Shown one piece after another: positions 61,440 to 64,000 of a DNA stretch of 64,000 bases; position 1 is the first letter of the stretch, and each line of letters starts with the position of its first letter. The translations under genes were made by a program, and so were the position numbers. The notes beneath the pieces were generated by a model. It was given only the letters and a program-made list of their open reading frames with translations, was not told the DNA's origin and searched no databases. Source of the DNA: Chthoniobacterales bacterium (GTDB lineage: Bacteria > Verrucomicrobiota > Verrucomicrobiia > Chthoniobacterales > UBA10450); NCBI GenBank assembly GCA_003244145.1, contig QHBM01000075.1, forward strand, positions 1,308 through 65,307, given 5' to 3'.

Positions 61440-63947
61440 ATGACCGCGGAAGAACAAGCCCAATGGATTGCCGAAATTGTGGAAGTCGCACTGGAGAGAG
61501 AACCTGCTGAGCTGCCGTCATTTCTCCAGGAGGCTTGCGGCGATGATGCCGCCCTGCGTCACGAGGTCGAATCCCTTCTTGGTTACCAAAAGGAGGCAAC
61601 TGATTTCATCGAAAGGCCCGCTTATGAAGCAAACGCCACCCTCCTGGCCGGTGAAGATCGGGCGGAAAAAATCGGAGAAATTCTCGGCCAATATAAGATC
61701 ATCTCTTTGCTGGGTGAAGGCGGAATGGGAGAAGTTTACCTGGCCGAGGATGCGCAGCTGGGCCGCCACGTTGCGATCAAGCTGGTGAAGGCCGGCTTCG
61801 GCCGCGCGAGCCTAGTTCGGCATTTCCAGCGCGAAGAAAGGATTCTGGCCGCGCTGACTCATCCCAACATCGCTCGGCTTTACGGCGGTGGGATCACGCC
61901 CGACGGCATTCCTTTTTTTGTCATGGAATACGTCGAGGGTGAGCGGGTTGATGTGTATTGCGATCGGCATGCATTGAATTTTCGCGACCGGCTCCAGCTC
62001 TTCCGCAAGATTTGTTCTGCCGTCGCTTACGCACACCAGCATTTGGTCATCCACCGCGACCTTAAGCCCTCGAACATCCGAGTCACACCGGAAGGCGAAC
62101 CGAAACTGCTCGACTTCGGAATCGCCCGGTTGCTCGAGGATGAGACCACCTCCGTTACGGAACAAACCATGACCCTCGCCGGCGTGATGACCCCCGATTA
62201 CGCCAGCCCCGAGCAAGTCCGCGGCGAAGCGATGACGACCGCGAGCGACGTTTACAGCCTCGGTGTCATTCTTTACGAGTTGGTCACCGGAACAAAACCT
62301 TACCGCACCAAGAGCCGCCGGTTGGACGAGATCTCCCGCGCCATCACCGAACAGGAGCCGCCGCGACCAAGTACGTCGATTGCGAAAGGCTCTCCGCAAT
62401 CCGCAATCCGCAATCCGAAATCGCTTCGCGGCGACCTCGACAACATTGTTTTGAAGACGATGCGGAAGGAACCTGCGCGGCGCTATGCCTCGGTCGGCCA
62501 GTTCTCAGAAGATATTCGGCGCCACCTGGAAGGTTTGCCGGTGATAGCGCGCAAGGACACGATCGCGTATCGCACCTCTAAGTTCGTGGCGCGGAACCGG
62601 ATCGCAGTCGCCGCCGCGATTCTGATCGCGCTAGCCATTTTGGCAGGTTTAATTGTTTCACTCTGGGAAGCCGGAAACGCGCGCCGTCAACGCGATGTCG
62701 CCCAACGCGAAAGATCGAAGGCAGAACGTATCAACAAGTTCCTCCAGGACATGCTTGGCTCAGCCGCACCGGAAGTAAGAGGCATCGATATTAGAGTCTC
62801 CGATGTACTGGGCGAAGCTGTCCGGCGCGCCAAAGACGACGCCGTAAACCAGCCTGATGTCATGGCAGATGTGTTACTCACGCTTGGGAGAACTTATGTA
62901 AGTCTTGGTCAATATCCCGCGGCCGAAGACACCCTGCGTGCTGCACTCGGTGCGAGTTTGAAAGCCAACGGAGAAGCAAACCTGACGACGGCTCGGATCA
63001 TGGCCTGGCTTGGCTTGACCCTGCCATTTCAAAATAAACCCGCGGAAGGCGAAACCTTTGCGCGCAAAGCCGTGGAACTTCTGCCCAAGTCACCGTCTAG
63101 CACACCAGAAGATCTTGGAGTTGCACTTTACGGAGTCGGCCTTGGTCTAATCGGCGAGTCTGAACCAAAGGCCGCCCAACCGTTCTTACATGACGCCGCC
63201 GATGTGCTTAAGAAATACCTTGGCGAAAAGCATGGGTATTACATGGCTTCAATCGTTATGCTGGCAAAGGCTCATGAAGGTTCCGGCGACCGCGATGGCG
63301 CCGAGGCGCTTTACCGACAGGCGATCACGATTGGGCAAAACACGGAGTATCGCTTTCGCATTTATCTGGCCCAGGCGGCAGCGTTCCTCGGCAGCATGTT
63401 GAGCAGTAAAGGGAATTACGTCGAAGCCGAGCAGACGCTTCGGCTCAGCGAGGCAGTTTACCGCGAGCAAATGGGTGATTCCACAATGAGTGTCGGAGCG
63501 GTCCTACAGTATTTGGGAAACGTCTACCTCGCCCAGGGAGACTACGCCAAGGCAGAAGCTGAACTAAGAAAATCCCAGGAGATTCTGGCAAAAACGCTAA
63601 ACCGGGAACATCCGAGCACACTCACCAGCACTGCCTTGCTCGGGTTAAGTTTAAGTCGCGCTGGCAAGGCAGCGGAAGGAGAGCCGTACTTGCGGGAAGC
63701 TCTCACAATGCGCAGAAAGATACTTGCTCCTAATGATTACCTGATTCCGCTCACGGAGAGCGCGCTGGGTGAGTGCTTAACTATCCAGAAACGCTACGAG
63801 GAAGCCGAGCCGCTTTTGACTCATGGCTATGAAGGACTGAAATCGCTCCTGGGTGATCAGGATCGGCGCGTGATCGGAGCCCGGCAATGTCTGGCAAAGC
63901 TCTACGAGGAGTGGGGCAAACCCGACAAGGCGAGCCGGTATCGTTAG
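61440..63947 (+). CDS. Ser/Thr protein kinase with one TM helix and a C-terminal TPR domain
   Basis: GEGGMGEVYLAED..VAIK, HRDLKPSNI, DFGIA, SPEQ. TM helix IAVAAAILIALAILAGLIVSLW. TPR-like repeats to the C-terminus. Confidence 0.88.
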   Translation: MTAEEQAQWIAEIVEVALEREPAELPSFLQEACGDDAALRHEVESLLGYQKEATDFIERPAYEANATLLAGEDRAEKIGEILGQYKIISLLGEGGMGEVYLAEDAQLGRHVAIKLVKAGFGRASLVRHFQREERILAALTHPNIARLYGGGITPDGIPFFVMEYVEGERVDVYCDRHALNFRDRLQLFRKICSAVAYAHQHLVIHRDLKPSNIRVTPEGEPKLLDFGIARLLEDETTSVTEQTMTLAGVMTPDYASPEQVRGEAMTTASDVYSLGVILYELVTGTKPYRTKSRRLDEISRAITEQEPPRPSTSIAKGSPQSAIRNPKSLRGDLDNIVLKTMRKEPARRYASVGQFSEDIRRHLEGLPVIARKDTIAYRTSKFVARNRIAVAAAILIALAILAGLIVSLWEAGNARRQRDVAQRERSKAERINKFLQDMLGSAAPEVRGIDIRVSDVLGEAVRRAKDDAVNQPDVMADVLLTLGRTYVSLGQYPAAEDTLRAALGASLKANGEANLTTARIMAWLGLTLPFQNKPAEGETFARKAVELLPKSPSSTPEDLGVALYGVGLGLIGESEPKAAQPFLHDAADVLKKYLGEKHGYYMASIVMLAKAHEGSGDRDGAEALYRQAITIGQNTEYRFRIYLAQAAAFLGSMLSSKGNYVEAEQTLRLSEAVYREQMGDSTMSVGAVLQYLGNVYLAQGDYAKAEAELRKSQEILAKTLNREHPSTLTSTALLGLSLSRAGKAAEGEPYLREALTMRRKILAPNDYLIPLTESALGECLTIQKRYEEAEPLLTHGYEGLKSLLGDQDRRVIGARQCLAKLYEEWGKPDKASRYR

Positions 63948-64000
63948 AACATTCGCGCCGTGTCAGCAACCCAGCGCCAACCGGTGCAGGCTGATGACGA

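Overview
64-kb segment of a high-GC bacterial chromosome, roughly 60% G+C from a few hand-counted lines (not computed). The gene content suggests a soil Verrucomicrobiota- or Acidobacteriota-like organism; this is inference only. The supporting genes are PadR plus ADOP-type duplicated FtsX permeases, a TIGR02999/ECF43-type sigma factor paired with a Ser/Thr kinase, giant LamG 'WWPGDG' surface proteins and a Bat operon. Gene order: the 3' part of a Bat-type operon, a conserved unknown, pilMNOP-like genes, cstA, a methyltransferase, valS, amidase-murI, two small genes, glyQS, an OsmC-like gene and tRNA-Val(CAC). A ~7.6-kb integrative element (19012-26660) sits at the tRNA 3' end, bounded by an exact 23-bp direct repeat. 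It carries a tyrosine integrase, an excisionase-type HTH protein, a second HTH protein and a two-tyrosine HUH rolling-circle Rep. Its cargo is unusual: a membrane J-domain protein, a ComEC-type MBL hydrolase next to a 4-TM protein, and two proteins with no motif I recognise. Next comes a 15-kb co-directional cluster (26852-42070): PadR, two paralogous ADOP permeases, four DUF4386-like membrane proteins, a GntR/ABC module and three tandem membrane-anchored MDR oxidoreductases. After it lie a tandem paralog pair with a highly conserved 60-nt leader, then transglutaminase-like, GYF-domain and hybrid histidine kinase genes. Two convergent giant secreted proteins (about 2690 and 1026 aa) share a PT linker plus a twin C-terminal domain, and an ECF sigma / Ser-Thr kinase-TPR pair closes the window. 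I saw no rRNA, CRISPR array or transposase. The best candidate for an undescribed system is the cargo of the tRNA-Val element, but its function is conjecture. A multi-hairpin repeat family and the shared twin C-terminal domain are the next most interesting signals. All coordinates were checked by hand against the printed sequence and ORF track. No database search was possible, so all family names rest on motif recognition.
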